Below, piece by piece: positions 17,982 to 27,400 of a stretch of 64,000 nucleotides of DNA. Every line of letters begins with the position of its first letter. Position 1 is the stretch's first letter. The position numbers and the translations under genes are program-made. Origin of the DNA: a virus; IMG/VR virus record IMGVR_UViG_3300036851_000411, positions 18,134 to 82,133 of that record; one strand, 5' to 3'. The notes under the pieces are model-generated. The model was not told the DNA's origin and ran no database searches. It saw nothing but the letters and a program-made list of their open reading frames with translations.

Positions 17982-18596
17982 GTGGCGTTTACCGTCGAAG
18001 ACGGTTCCGGGTTAGCCAACGCCACCGCGCTTGTTGCCGTGGCGACGGTCGATGCGTTCTGGGCCGACCGCGGTGGCAACGCCACGTGGGATGCGATCGC
18101 CGACATTCCCTCCGGCGCGACCGAGGAGGAACAGAAGCAAGCGGCGATTGTAAAGGCGAGCGACTACGTCCGCTCGCATCCCGGCTATCGCTGGCGCGGA
18201 TCGAAGAAGACGGCCGCGCAGCGCATGCCATGGCCGCGCACCGGGGCGCAGGAACGCGACGGTGCCGAGGCGCTGCCTGACGACGCGGTGCCGTGGCAAG
18301 TCGTTGACGCCGTGTGCGTGCTCGCGCCTCGCGCCGCGGCCGGCGAGAACCTCTTCCCGGATCTCACGCGCGGCGGGCAGATCGCGTCGCAGACGGTTGG
18401 GCCCATCTCGACGAGCTACTTCAAGAATGCGCCGGTCGGGAAGGTCCTCCAGGCGGTCGACGGGCTGGTTGCGCCGCTCCTCCGCCTCGGCCTGAGCGAC
18501 GACCCGATCGACCCGTTCTTCTCGATCCTCTCGGTGCCTGACGTGTTCGTGGAGTCGAACTACTCCAACCTGACCGGTGGAGCGGGTGCTCCGTGA
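17982..18596 (+). CDS. Head-tail adaptor (DnaT-like phage family)
   Basis: MAFTVEDGSGLANA, QRMPWPRTG, VGPISTSY. Confidence 0.8.
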   Translation: MAFTVEDGSGLANATALVAVATVDAFWADRGGNATWDAIADIPSGATEEEQKQAAIVKASDYVRSHPGYRWRGSKKTAAQRMPWPRTGAQERDGAEALPDDAVPWQVVDAVCVLAPRAAAGENLFPDLTRGGQIASQTVGPISTSYFKNAPVGKVLQAVDGLVAPLLRLGLSDDPIDPFFSILSVPDVFVESNYSNLTGGAGAP

Positions 18597-18620
18597 GCGG
18601 CGACGTATGAGTAGCGCCGT

Positions 18621-19019
18621 ATGAATTCCGCCGAGATGCGCGAGATGGCGCAGACGAACCTCCGCGAGGCGCTCGAGCTCACGAGCCCGAACCTCACGCT
18701 TACGAAGCGTGCGACGGGCATACTCGCTCCCATCACGGACACGACGACGCCGTCGACGCGCACGCCGACGAGCTACGCGGCGTACGGGGTCGTGTTGCCG
18801 AAGAAGCCACGTCGGTTCGAGCCGGGGAGCACGGCGACTGGCATGGCCGAGCAGGTTCTTATCGCCGCGGCGGAGCTGCCGGACGGGATCGCGCCCGAGC
18901 CGAACGACCTCGTCACGATGAGTGGCGGTCGCCAGATCGTCATCGGCCCAGTCGACACGCTTCGGCCGGACGGCGTCACGCCGGTGCTGTACACCTGCGA
19001 CGCGACAGGAGGGCGTTAG
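18621..19019 (+). CDS. Head closure protein
   Basis: Position; PEPNDLV..LRPDGVTPVLY. Confidence 0.65.
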   Translation: MNSAEMREMAQTNLREALELTSPNLTLTKRATGILAPITDTTTPSTRTPTSYAAYGVVLPKKPRRFEPGSTATGMAEQVLIAAAELPDGIAPEPNDLVTMSGGRQIVIGPVDTLRPDGVTPVLYTCDATGGR

Positions 19020-19022
19020 GCG

Positions 19023-19475
19023 ATGGCTGACGACCTCAACGCCTTCATCGAGGAGCTTGCGCGCGCGGGGAGCCAGGTGCTCCACGCGGTCGACCGCATC
19101 GCCAAGGAGGCGACGAACGACCTCGCGCGGGAGATCGTCATCGGCGGCTCGTATTCGCCCGGCACGCCAGTCGCGAGCGGTGCGGCACGCGGGCACTGGG
19201 GCGCGTCGATCGATGGGAACGGTGGACCGCCGCCCTTCCTGCCATCGCACGTCGACCCCGCAGGCGACGCAACGTTAGGCGCGATCCACCAGAGTGTCCT
19301 CGGCGCGCCGCTCTTCGCCGAGGTCGGGCTGACGAACAGCGCGCCCTACATCGAGAACCTGGAGAACGGGCTGTCGGGGCAGGCACCCGAGGGCATGGTG
19401 CGGCTTGCCGTTGCCCAGTGGGAGCCGATCGCCACCGCCGCGGCCGAGCGCGTGATCCGACAGGAGCTGGTCTAG
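19023..19475 (+). CDS. HK97 gp10-like neck/tail completion protein
   Basis: TPVASGAARGHW, NSAPYIENLENGLSGQAPEGMVR. Confidence 0.8.
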   Translation: MADDLNAFIEELARAGSQVLHAVDRIAKEATNDLAREIVIGGSYSPGTPVASGAARGHWGASIDGNGGPPPFLPSHVDPAGDATLGAIHQSVLGAPLFAEVGLTNSAPYIENLENGLSGQAPEGMVRLAVAQWEPIATAAAERVIRQELV

Positions 19476-19930
19476 TGCCGCTCTCGACCGATGTCGCGGC
19501 CTTCGAAGGCAAGGTGCGGAGCGCCCTCGTGACCGCGCTGCTCGGGGTGAGTGGCTTCCCCACCAACCCGGCGCATCAGGGCTGGGAAAACCGGCCGTTC
19601 ACGCCGCCGGCGCAGACGACGCACTTCCGCTTCCGCCTGGTGATGGGTGAGCCGACGCAGATGAACATCGGCCGGCAGCCGCGGCTCCTCCGCTACCGCG
19701 GGACGGCGGCCGTCGATCTGTACTTCCCGGCGGGTGACGGCACTGTGCCGGCCTCGACGCTCGGCGGCGCCATCGTGGCCGCGTTCCCGCCCGGGCACGA
19801 GCTCACGTACAGCGACCAGCGCGTGCGGATCACGAAGGCCGTGAAAGAAACCGGGAAGCCCGGCAGCGAGTGGTTCCACGTCCCCGTCACGATCACGTGG
19901 TGGGCCGACGTGCTCGACACGTCCGCCTAA
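19475..19930 (+). CDS. Tail terminator-like protein
   Basis: WENRPFTPP, PAGDGT, WFHVPVTI. Confidence 0.7.
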   Translation: MPLSTDVAAFEGKVRSALVTALLGVSGFPTNPAHQGWENRPFTPPAQTTHFRFRLVMGEPTQMNIGRQPRLLRYRGTAAVDLYFPAGDGTVPASTLGGAIVAAFPPGHELTYSDQRVRITKAVKETGKPGSEWFHVPVTITWWADVLDTSA

Positions 19931-19989
19931 CGCACCGTTCAACCCGCGTTCTCACCGCGCTCACCGAACACCTAACGAGGGACTGACCC

Positions 19990-21459
19990 ATGGCACAAGC
20001 CACCACCGATCGCGTCCGACTCGCCTACGTCCCCGAGGTGACGTTCAAGACGACGCCCGCGAGCCCGCTCTTCCGGCTCTGGCGCAACAAGTCGCAGGGA
20101 CTGGGTGGGACGCCCAAGTCCGTCGTCTCCGAGGAGATCATCTCCTCGCGCGAGATCGCCGATTTCATCCTCGTCGGCAAGGATGTCGCGGGCGATGTCG
20201 GCGGCGAGCTGATTCACGATGCGTACGAAGAGCAGATGGCCGGCGCGTACGCCAACGCGTGGGTCGGCGGGCCGCGTCGGTGGAATGCCTTCGCCGGGCA
20301 GATCACCGCGGTGTCGAGCTCCCAGTACACGGTCCTCGCGGTCACCGGCGAGGCGTTCGCCGAGGGCATGCTCGTCCGAGCGACCGGATTCACCAACGCC
20401 GGCAACAACCGAATCTTCCGCGCGGCGGCCACGTCGAGTGGCACGGCGGTCGTCGTCTCCGGCGGAACCACCGAAGCCTCACCGCCTGTGACGGCGCGGC
20501 TCCAGGTGATCGGCTTCGCGGGCGCATCGGGCGATGTCACCGCCACGACCACGGGCCTCGCCTCGACGGTGCTGGACCTAACGACGCTCGGACTCACCGT
20601 GGGCCAGTGGTTGTACGCGCCGGGCACCGCCGACGCGTTCGGCACCGCGGCGGGCAACAAGTTCGCGGGGATTCCCGGCGGGTTCCTCCGGATCAGTGCC
20701 ATCGCCGCCGCGGCGATCACGTGTGACATCCGACCGGCGGGGTGGACGACCGACGCCGGTGCGTCGAAGACGATCCACGTCTACGGCGGGAAGTTCCTCA
20801 AGAATGGAACGACACGCACGTCGTTCACGATCGAGCGCGCGTTCCTCGATACCGACGCGGTCACGTATGAGTACTTCACCGGGTCGATCATGGACAAGAT
20901 GTCCGTGAGCGCCAAGCCGCAGGCGATCATGGAGATCGGCTTCTCGGTGCTGTCGGCGGTGCACACGCTGACGGAGACGGAAGCCTCGGGCGCCACCCGC
21001 ACGACGATCTCGAGCGACGACGTGATGAACACGTCGAGCAACGTCGTGGAGCTCATGGAGGGCGGCTCGTCGATTCTGGCCGGGCCGAACTTCGTGCTCG
21101 GGATGGATTTCCAGATCAACAACAACGTCCGTCAGGGCCCGGGCATCGGCACGCTCAACTACGTCGTCGTGAACCTCGGCACGTTCGAGGTCTCAGGGAA
21201 GGTCGAGACCTACTTCGCGAGCAAGGCGTTGCTCGACAAACTGCTCTCGCAGTCGGAGACGCAGCTCATGCAAGCGGTGATCGACGGCGATCACCATGGC
21301 CTGCTGTTCGACTTCCCGAACGTGAAATACGGGTCGGGCTCGCCGGCTGTCCCGGGGCGCAACGAAGACGTGAAGGTCACGCTCGACTTTCGTGCCAAGC
21401 GCGACCCGACGCTGCTCTACACGGCGAGCGTCACCCAGTTCGAATCGATCGGCAGCTAA
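19990..21459 (+). CDS. Tail tube (major tail) protein
   Basis: LAYVPEVTFKTTP, SEEI, SFTIER, FPNVKY. Confidence 0.85.
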   Translation: MAQATTDRVRLAYVPEVTFKTTPASPLFRLWRNKSQGLGGTPKSVVSEEIISSREIADFILVGKDVAGDVGGELIHDAYEEQMAGAYANAWVGGPRRWNAFAGQITAVSSSQYTVLAVTGEAFAEGMLVRATGFTNAGNNRIFRAAATSSGTAVVVSGGTTEASPPVTARLQVIGFAGASGDVTATTTGLASTVLDLTTLGLTVGQWLYAPGTADAFGTAAGNKFAGIPGGFLRISAIAAAAITCDIRPAGWTTDAGASKTIHVYGGKFLKNGTTRTSFTIERAFLDTDAVTYEYFTGSIMDKMSVSAKPQAIMEIGFSVLSAVHTLTETEASGATRTTISSDDVMNTSSNVVELMEGGSSILAGPNFVLGMDFQINNNVRQGPGIGTLNYVVVNLGTFEVSGKVETYFASKALLDKLLSQSETQLMQAVIDGDHHGLLFDFPNVKYGSGSPAVPGRNEDVKVTLDFRAKRDPTLLYTASVTQFESIGS

Positions 21460-21580
21460 TCGGCAGCTCACAGGAGGGTAACCGGAAACTCCATCACCTG
21501 CGCTGCACCAGCACACTCTCATAGATACTGAGCCTGGCGCGGTGGCGTGGGTGCTCTGCAAGACCGGTTACCCGATCCAT

Positions 21581-21621
21581 GCACGTTAGGGCACGTTAGG
21601 GCACGTTAGGAGTCGTTAGGC
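21581..21621 (+). repeat. Tandem 10-bp repeat (GCACGTTAGG)x3 + AGTCGTTAGGC
   Basis: Read directly from the sequence. Confidence 0.95.
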
Positions 21622-21755
21622 ATGGCCTCGGCGGCGTTCATGCCGTCGTCGGGGAGCGGAGCGGAGGGGGACTCACAGCCCCAAACCGGGCGCGGCTCGC
21701 GAGAGCCGGCATGACGCCCGGGGAGGGGCATCCGCGTTTACCGGAGAGACTCGTT

Positions 21756-22259
21756 ATGGAAGGCGACACATCGAACACCACCGTGAACCCGCTCGCCCGT
21801 CAGGAGATCGCGACCACGCAGCCCGACAACCCGCGCCCAGTGCCGGCGCTCTGGGACCGCTACGCGCAATCGGAAGAGGCGATCGAATCAGGCGCGTGGG
21901 TGGATCTCGGCGACGGCATCCGCGTCAAGGTCCGGTCGGTCCACTCGACGCGCGTGCGGAAGAAGAACGCCGAGACGCTGCGGAAGGACCGGGCGAAGTA
22001 TGCCGCGCGCGGGTTCGTCCTCGATCCGGCCGAGCAGGATGCAAAGGAGATCGCCGACGCCGTCGAGGTGTTGGTCGACTGGGAGGGCGTGACCGATGCG
22101 TTTGGCGAGGTCCTCGTCCCATCGCGCGAGAACAAGGAGGAGATTTTCAAGGCGCTCCCGCCGTTCCGTCGCGATGTGCTTGCGGCGGCGGGGATGGACG
22201 AGACGTACCGGGCCACCGCGCTCGCCGGTATCGCGGGAAACTCACGGCGACCCGCTTAG
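21756..22259 (+). CDS. Tail assembly chaperone (gpG-like)
   Basis: GAWVDLG, LVDWEGV; ends just after a slippery site. Confidence 0.8.
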   Translation: MEGDTSNTTVNPLARQEIATTQPDNPRPVPALWDRYAQSEEAIESGAWVDLGDGIRVKVRSVHSTRVRKKNAETLRKDRAKYAARGFVLDPAEQDAKEIADAVEVLVDWEGVTDAFGEVLVPSRENKEEIFKALPPFRRDVLAAAGMDETYRATALAGIAGNSRRPA

Positions 22260-22648
22260 CGCTCTTTCGCTACGGCGGGATGGCGAGCGCGCTCGAGATC
22301 GCCGAGCGTGCGCTGCGAAAGGGTCTGGCCATTCCGGAAGGTGTGGAAGCGGTACTCTCGATTCCGGAGCCGCTGCAGCCCTACTGGGACGCGTGGGACG
22401 TGCTCCACGCGGGGCGCCACTACGCGGCGGGTATGGCGGGTGCGCTGCCCATGGGGCTCGCGGTGAGTGAAATGCTGGCGTACGCGCACGCGTTCGGCTT
22501 CGCGGAGAGTGACGAGGATCTCGCGGAATTCTTCGACTATATGCGCGCGCAGGACAGCGGATTCTTCCAGGCGTTCTCGGAGCTCCACGGCGCGCCCGGG
22601 TCGGATGGTGGGCACGCGCAGAAACGACTCGGATCGCCGGAAGGGTAG
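22235..22648 (+). CDS. Tail assembly chaperone -1 frameshift extension (gpGT-like)
   Basis: G GGA AAC slippery heptamer at 22235-22241; -1 frame open to 22648 with WDAW..L...R and MRAQD motifs. Confidence 0.8.
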   Translation, partial: GKLTATRLALFRYGGMASALEIAERALRKGLAIPEGVEAVLSIPEPLQPYWDAWDVLHAGRHYAAGMAGALPMGLAVSEMLAYAHAFGFAESDEDLAEFFDYMRAQDSGFFQAFSELHGAPGSDGGHAQKRLGSPEG

Positions 22649-22793
22649 TGCCGGAGTGAGCAAGTCTGGCGAAAGGGTCCGCCGTTAAGCGGGCCACCCT
22701 GATCCAGGTACTACGCGCTCCGGTGCATCCGGCCGCTTGCGCAACCGCGCGGGCGGCGCCAGCCTTCCCGGGAAGCTCATCCGGGAGCGATGT

Positions 22794-23180
22794 ATGTGGG
22801 CATGGTTGGCGATCTTCGCGGGCGGGGTGCTCGCGGGCTATTTCGTCTGGCGCTTTACGACACGGAGCGGGAAAGCCCATAGCGCGCGACTCCTCGAGCG
22901 ATCACAGCGCGCCGTCGGTTCCCTCCAGGACATCCGAGTTACTCAGGAACTGCGTCGGCGCGCACTGGAGAACGAGGCGCTCACGCGTAATGCTGGCGAG
23001 TCGCTCATCTGCCCGAAATGCGGATCCGAATCGGTCGGCGTCGGACGCCGCGGGTTCAGTGCCGGGAAGGCCGCTTTAGGCGCCCTGACCGCGGGTGGCG
23101 TGCTGTTAGGCGCCGTGGGCGCGGGGAAGGTCGAGAACGCGTGCGGCCACTGCGGTCACCGGTGGAGCCCATCCAGCTGA
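22794..23180 (+). CDS. Membrane-anchored Zn-ribbon moron protein
   Basis: N-terminal TM helix, CPKCGS, RGFSAGKA, CGHCGHRW. Confidence 0.65.
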   Translation: MWAWLAIFAGGVLAGYFVWRFTTRSGKAHSARLLERSQRAVGSLQDIRVTQELRRRALENEALTRNAGESLICPKCGSESVGVGRRGFSAGKAALGALTAGGVLLGAVGAGKVENACGHCGHRWSPSS

Positions 23181-23270
23181 GAGACAGTCGGTTCGCCGGG
23201 TAAGTTTGCACTGTCGTACCGCGCGCCGTAGGATTGTGTGTCTCTCACATTCAAACGGGACCGACGACCT

Positions 23271-23705
23271 GTGAACGTGACATTTGCCCATCTGTGCGAC
23301 TACGCGACAGTTTCGCGAGAGGGAAAGTTAAGCATGATGGGCATTTTTGACCGGATTGGGGTTCAGTCCCTTCCGGCCATGCACCCGCTCTTTTATCTGG
23401 CGTTCGAACTGGAGCTATTCCCGGCCGAGTTGGGCCGGCCATTCAAGCTTGCGATTCGACTTGCCGATGCTGATGGGGGGAAGGTCCTCGAGACCGAAGC
23501 TGACGCAAAGATAGAGGGGCAGGCCAAGCCCGGTGATATGGTTCGCAGTCCGCAAGTGATTGCCTTCGCCGGACTTCCATTCCGGAAGGCCGGTCGGTAC
23601 AGCGTCGATATCTTTCTCAACGGCGACCGCAAGTCAGGCGCGACATTCGAGGTCATCGCTGGCGCTACCCAAGCCGACGTTTCACCGCCCGACTTACCGA
23701 AGTGA
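23271..23705 (+). CDS. DUF6941-like protein
   Basis: HLCDYAT..GKLSMMGIFD..GRYSV; lower GC. Confidence 0.65.
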   Translation: MNVTFAHLCDYATVSREGKLSMMGIFDRIGVQSLPAMHPLFYLAFELELFPAELGRPFKLAIRLADADGGKVLETEADAKIEGQAKPGDMVRSPQVIAFAGLPFRKAGRYSVDIFLNGDRKSGATFEVIAGATQADVSPPDLPK

Positions 23706-23968
23706 GCCGTTACGCGTCTGCTATCAATACGCTGACGGCGTGGCAATCCGATCCAGCCGGAGCTACGACGGAGGCGGTGCGGCAACTCCTTCACGATATC
23801 GGGTATACAGAGGAGACGGCTGCCGATTACCGGACCGTTCTGTTGTTCTACCGGAAGGGATGGTGTCGTTGGACGCTCGTTGCGGGAACGCCTTTCGTTC
23901 CGGTGGGCTATTTGCAAGAGATTGCGAGCACGATGATTCCAATTCTTTCAGCTGAGAGTGATACATGA
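23702..23968 (+). CDS. Possible HicA-like toxin
   Basis: Small gene coupled directly upstream of a HicB-like gene. Confidence 0.45.
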   Translation: MSRYASAINTLTAWQSDPAGATTEAVRQLLHDIGYTEETAADYRTVLLFYRKGWCRWTLVAGTPFVPVGYLQEIASTMIPILSAESDT

Positions 23969-24333
23969 CTACCTCCGGCATCCTTGGGGCGGCTCAACAG
24001 CCGATCATACCGGGCATGTTTGTACTCGGGGGATACAGGGTGGAAACGCGCGATGACGCGTATCCCGATGGAACGGGGTGCGTGGTGGCAAAGCATCCGG
24101 ACCTACCGGGTTGCGTTGGCTACGGGGCTGATCATTCGGAAGCCCTCCAATCGCTTGAGGCAGCGCGGTGCGCCTACATCACCAGTTTGCGCACACACGG
24201 GGAAGAAGTCCCCGCATCGCTGATCCTTTCAATTTCGGGTTCCGCGCATTGGCAGCTTACTGCGGCGCCGATGTGGACCAAGACCACGGTTAACCCGACG
24301 CTAGGGGCTCAGCCCGCGCTGCAGACCGCGTAG
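23965..24333 (+). CDS. hicB: HicB-family antitoxin
   Basis: VAKHPDLPGCVGYGADHSEALQSLEAAR..GEEVP. Confidence 0.75.
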   Translation: MTTSGILGAAQQPIIPGMFVLGGYRVETRDDAYPDGTGCVVAKHPDLPGCVGYGADHSEALQSLEAARCAYITSLRTHGEEVPASLILSISGSAHWQLTAAPMWTKTTVNPTLGAQPALQTA

Positions 24334-24351
24334 CAGCTGTCCCACGAAGGT

Positions 24352-24390
24352 GCGGCGGCGTCCCGAGCGGGGCGCCGCCGCTCGTTGTTT
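24352..24390 (+). terminator. Intrinsic terminator
   Basis: GCGGCGGCGTCCCG/CGGGGCGCCGCCGC hairpin followed by TCGTTGTTT. Confidence 0.6.
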
Positions 24391-24409
24391 CCATCTCGGG
24401 CGTTGAGTA

Positions 24410-24426
24410 TATGTGATAATCGCATA
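24410..24426. promoter_or_regulatory. 17-bp palindromic operator, copy 4, within a promoter
   Basis: TATGTGATAATCGCATA within TTGAGT-16-TAGATT. Confidence 0.8.
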
Positions 24427-24460
24427 GATTCCCCGGCATGCCTCGGCCGGAGCGCGCGCC

Positions 24461-27400
24461 CTGAGCACCTACACGCTCAATATTGCGATCAACGCTGGGC
24501 CGGCCCAAGCGGGCGGCCAGCTGGTCGTCCGCACGCTCGAGGAGATCAAGGCCGCAGCACAGCAGACCGTCGCGGCGGTCTCGCAGTCGAACCAACTGCT
24601 CGGCCAGATCCTCGGTGCCGTGCAGACTGGTGCACAGCAAGGGGCCAACGGTGTCAAGCAGCTCAGCGCCCAGGTCTCCGCGCTCCAGCGGACGATGCAG
24701 AGCGCATGGGCGGTCGCCAAGCAGTGGCTCGCGTTCGCGGGGATCGGGCTCGGCGTCAAGCAACTCATCGACTACGCCGACGGCTACCGGCTCGTCGAAG
24801 GGCGCATCAAGCTCACGACGAAGTCGACCGACGAGCTGCGCGCCGTCGAGGCGAAGCTGTTCGAGGTCGCCAACGCGACGCGCACGAGCTACGCGGCGAC
24901 GGCCGATCTCTATTCGAAGGTCGCGCGATCGTCCGGTGAGCTCGGGATCAGCCAGCGGCAGGTCGTCACACTGACGCAGGCCGTCGGCCAAGCCCTGCAG
25001 ATCTCCGGTGCGAGCACCGGGGAGGCGACGGCGGCGACGCTCCAGCTCGGGCAGGCGTTCAGCTCCGCGCGCCTCAGCGGCGACGAGCTGCGGTCCGTGC
25101 TTGAAAATGCGCCGCGCCTCGCCAAGGCAGTCGCCGACGGCATGGGCGTCACGGTGGGCCAGCTCCGCACGTTAGGCTCGCAGGGGAAGCTCACTGGCGA
25201 AGCCGTCGCGAAAGCGATTCTCAGCCAGGCCGACGCGCTCAACCGGGAATTCAAGAGCGTCCCGCTCACGATCGGCCAGAGCTTTACGGTTCTGGGCAAC
25301 TACATCCAGCGGTACGTCGGCTGGTCGGACCGCGCGACGGGTGCCAGTGCGCTGCTGGCGCGCACGATCATCCTGCTCGCGCATAACGTCGACCTCCTCG
25401 CCAACTTCGCGATCTACGCCGGGGTCGTATTCCTGCTGTATCGGAACCTGACACTCCTCACCGCCGGCATGGCGATCGCCCGGGTGGCGGTGCTTGCGCT
25501 CGCGGCGGGGAACTGGGCGGGCGTCGCGTCCACGTTAGGCCTCACCGCCGCGGTCAATGGGCTCAAGGCGGCCATCGCCTCGACCGGCATCGGGCTCCTC
25601 CTCATCGCGATCGGCGCCATCGCCGTGGCGCTCTACACGTGGTACCAGCGCACGAAGCAGCAGAAGGAGGCGCTCCGCGAGCTCTCGGACGAGATCAAGA
25701 AGCAGAAGCAGGCGTCCGACAGCGCGCGCGCCAGTGTGCTCAACGAGGCCGCGGCCGATCAGATCCGGCAGCAGCAGCAGCTCGAGGCGCTCCGCCGCAG
25801 TGGGCCCAAGGCACTGGAGCGCGTGCAGAACGTGCAGTCCGATGAGAACGCCGCGCTCGAGGAGGGGAAACGTCTCTACGGCGAGTATGTGAAGAAGTCC
25901 GAAGAGGCGGCGCAAGCCCGCGGCAAAGCTATCACCGTCGAGAGGGATTTCACGAAAGCGCTCGCCGGTGGCAACAAGGAGGCGCAGGCCTTCCTCCTTA
26001 TCGCTGCCGAGACGGCGCTCCGGAAGCGTGCGGTCACCACCGAGACGGAGCTCGTCACGAAGGCAATCGAGATCCAGAACGACCGCCTCGAGAAGGAAGC
26101 CGACGCGTGGGCGACGGTGGGGCAGGCCGTGCGTCAGGCACAGCGCGACGGCGCTGGGCTCAAGACGCTCACCACGGCGTATCAGAACGCGGAGACGCGG
26201 GCGCGCGCCGCGGCTGGGGCCTCTGGTGGCTACGCGCTCGCGTTAGGGAACGAGCTGCGCGCGATCGAGAACTACGTCAAGGAGGCCGAGCGCGCGACGG
26301 AGATCGGGGAGGCGATCAACGGGCTGTCGTTCGACGCCGCGGCGATCGTGACGAAAGAGATGAACGCGCGCTACAAGCTCGCCGACGCCCTCGACGAGCA
26401 GACGCGGAAGACAAAGGACCTCGCCCGACTCCAGGCCGAGGCGCAGAACCGACAGCTCAAGGCGACGCTCCCGTCCACCCCGCCCAAGAGCGCCTTTGCG
26501 CAGGCGAACGACGCCGAGGAGGGGGACATCGCGGCCCGCATTCAGGCGCGGGCGCAGGAGATGAAACTCATCGTCGAGAACGTGTTCCGCGGCATGCAGG
26601 AGTCGGCGGCGCAGTTCTTCCTCAACGTCTTCACGCAGGGTATCCGCTCGTTTCGCGATCTGTTCAACAGCATCCGGCTGCTCTTCCTCCAGATGCTGGC
26701 GCAACTGGCCGCCGCGAAGCTCGTGACGAAGCTGCGCGACACGATCCGCGCGCAGGTCGGCGGGGTGAGCGAAGACGGCCTGACGAAGATCGCGCCCACT
26801 TCGCCCGGGTACGGGACCGCTGCATCGAAGCTCGGGGCGGCGGGCCAGGTGGCCGGCGCCGTGGGATTCGTCGCCTCCATCATCACGGGCTTCGGCAACA
26901 CCCTCGCCAAGAGCCGCGACCAGGCGAAATACGGCGGGGCGGCGTTAGGCTTCGCCGCGTTCGGCCCGGTCGGGGCACTGGCCGGCGCCGCGCTCTCGCT
27001 CGCGGGGTTCGACAAGAAAGCGAAGGCCGCGGCGAAGGCAATGGCTGAGGCGCAGAAGGAGTTCGCGCGCAACCTCGACAGCTTCGTGGCGACGGCGTTC
27101 GGCACCGGCTCGGGGCTCGCCGACGCGTTGCGCGCGAATCAGCAGGCGCGGGACGAGCTCCGGAAAGAAGCCAACGTGGCGCTCTCGGGCAAGAAAAACG
27201 AGAAGGTCCGTAACCAGCAACTCGAGGAGATCGACACCGCGACGAAAGCCAATGCCGCTCGGCTGGCGAAGGAGTTCACCGACGGCATCGAGGCGCAGAT
27301 CAACGCCCTCACCGGGAAGAGCGACCTCAACGCGCGGGCCGCGCTGGAAAAGGAGTACGCCGAGAACCTCCGCAACGCCGCCGCGGCGGGCTCCGACGCT

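Noticed and set aside
21581-21621. CRISPR array or telomere
   Set aside because: 10-bp units, no unique spacers, no cas genes, internal location
22648-22726. Hammerhead ribozyme (CGAAA and CTGA present)
   Set aside because: No CUGANGA core and no three-way junction topology
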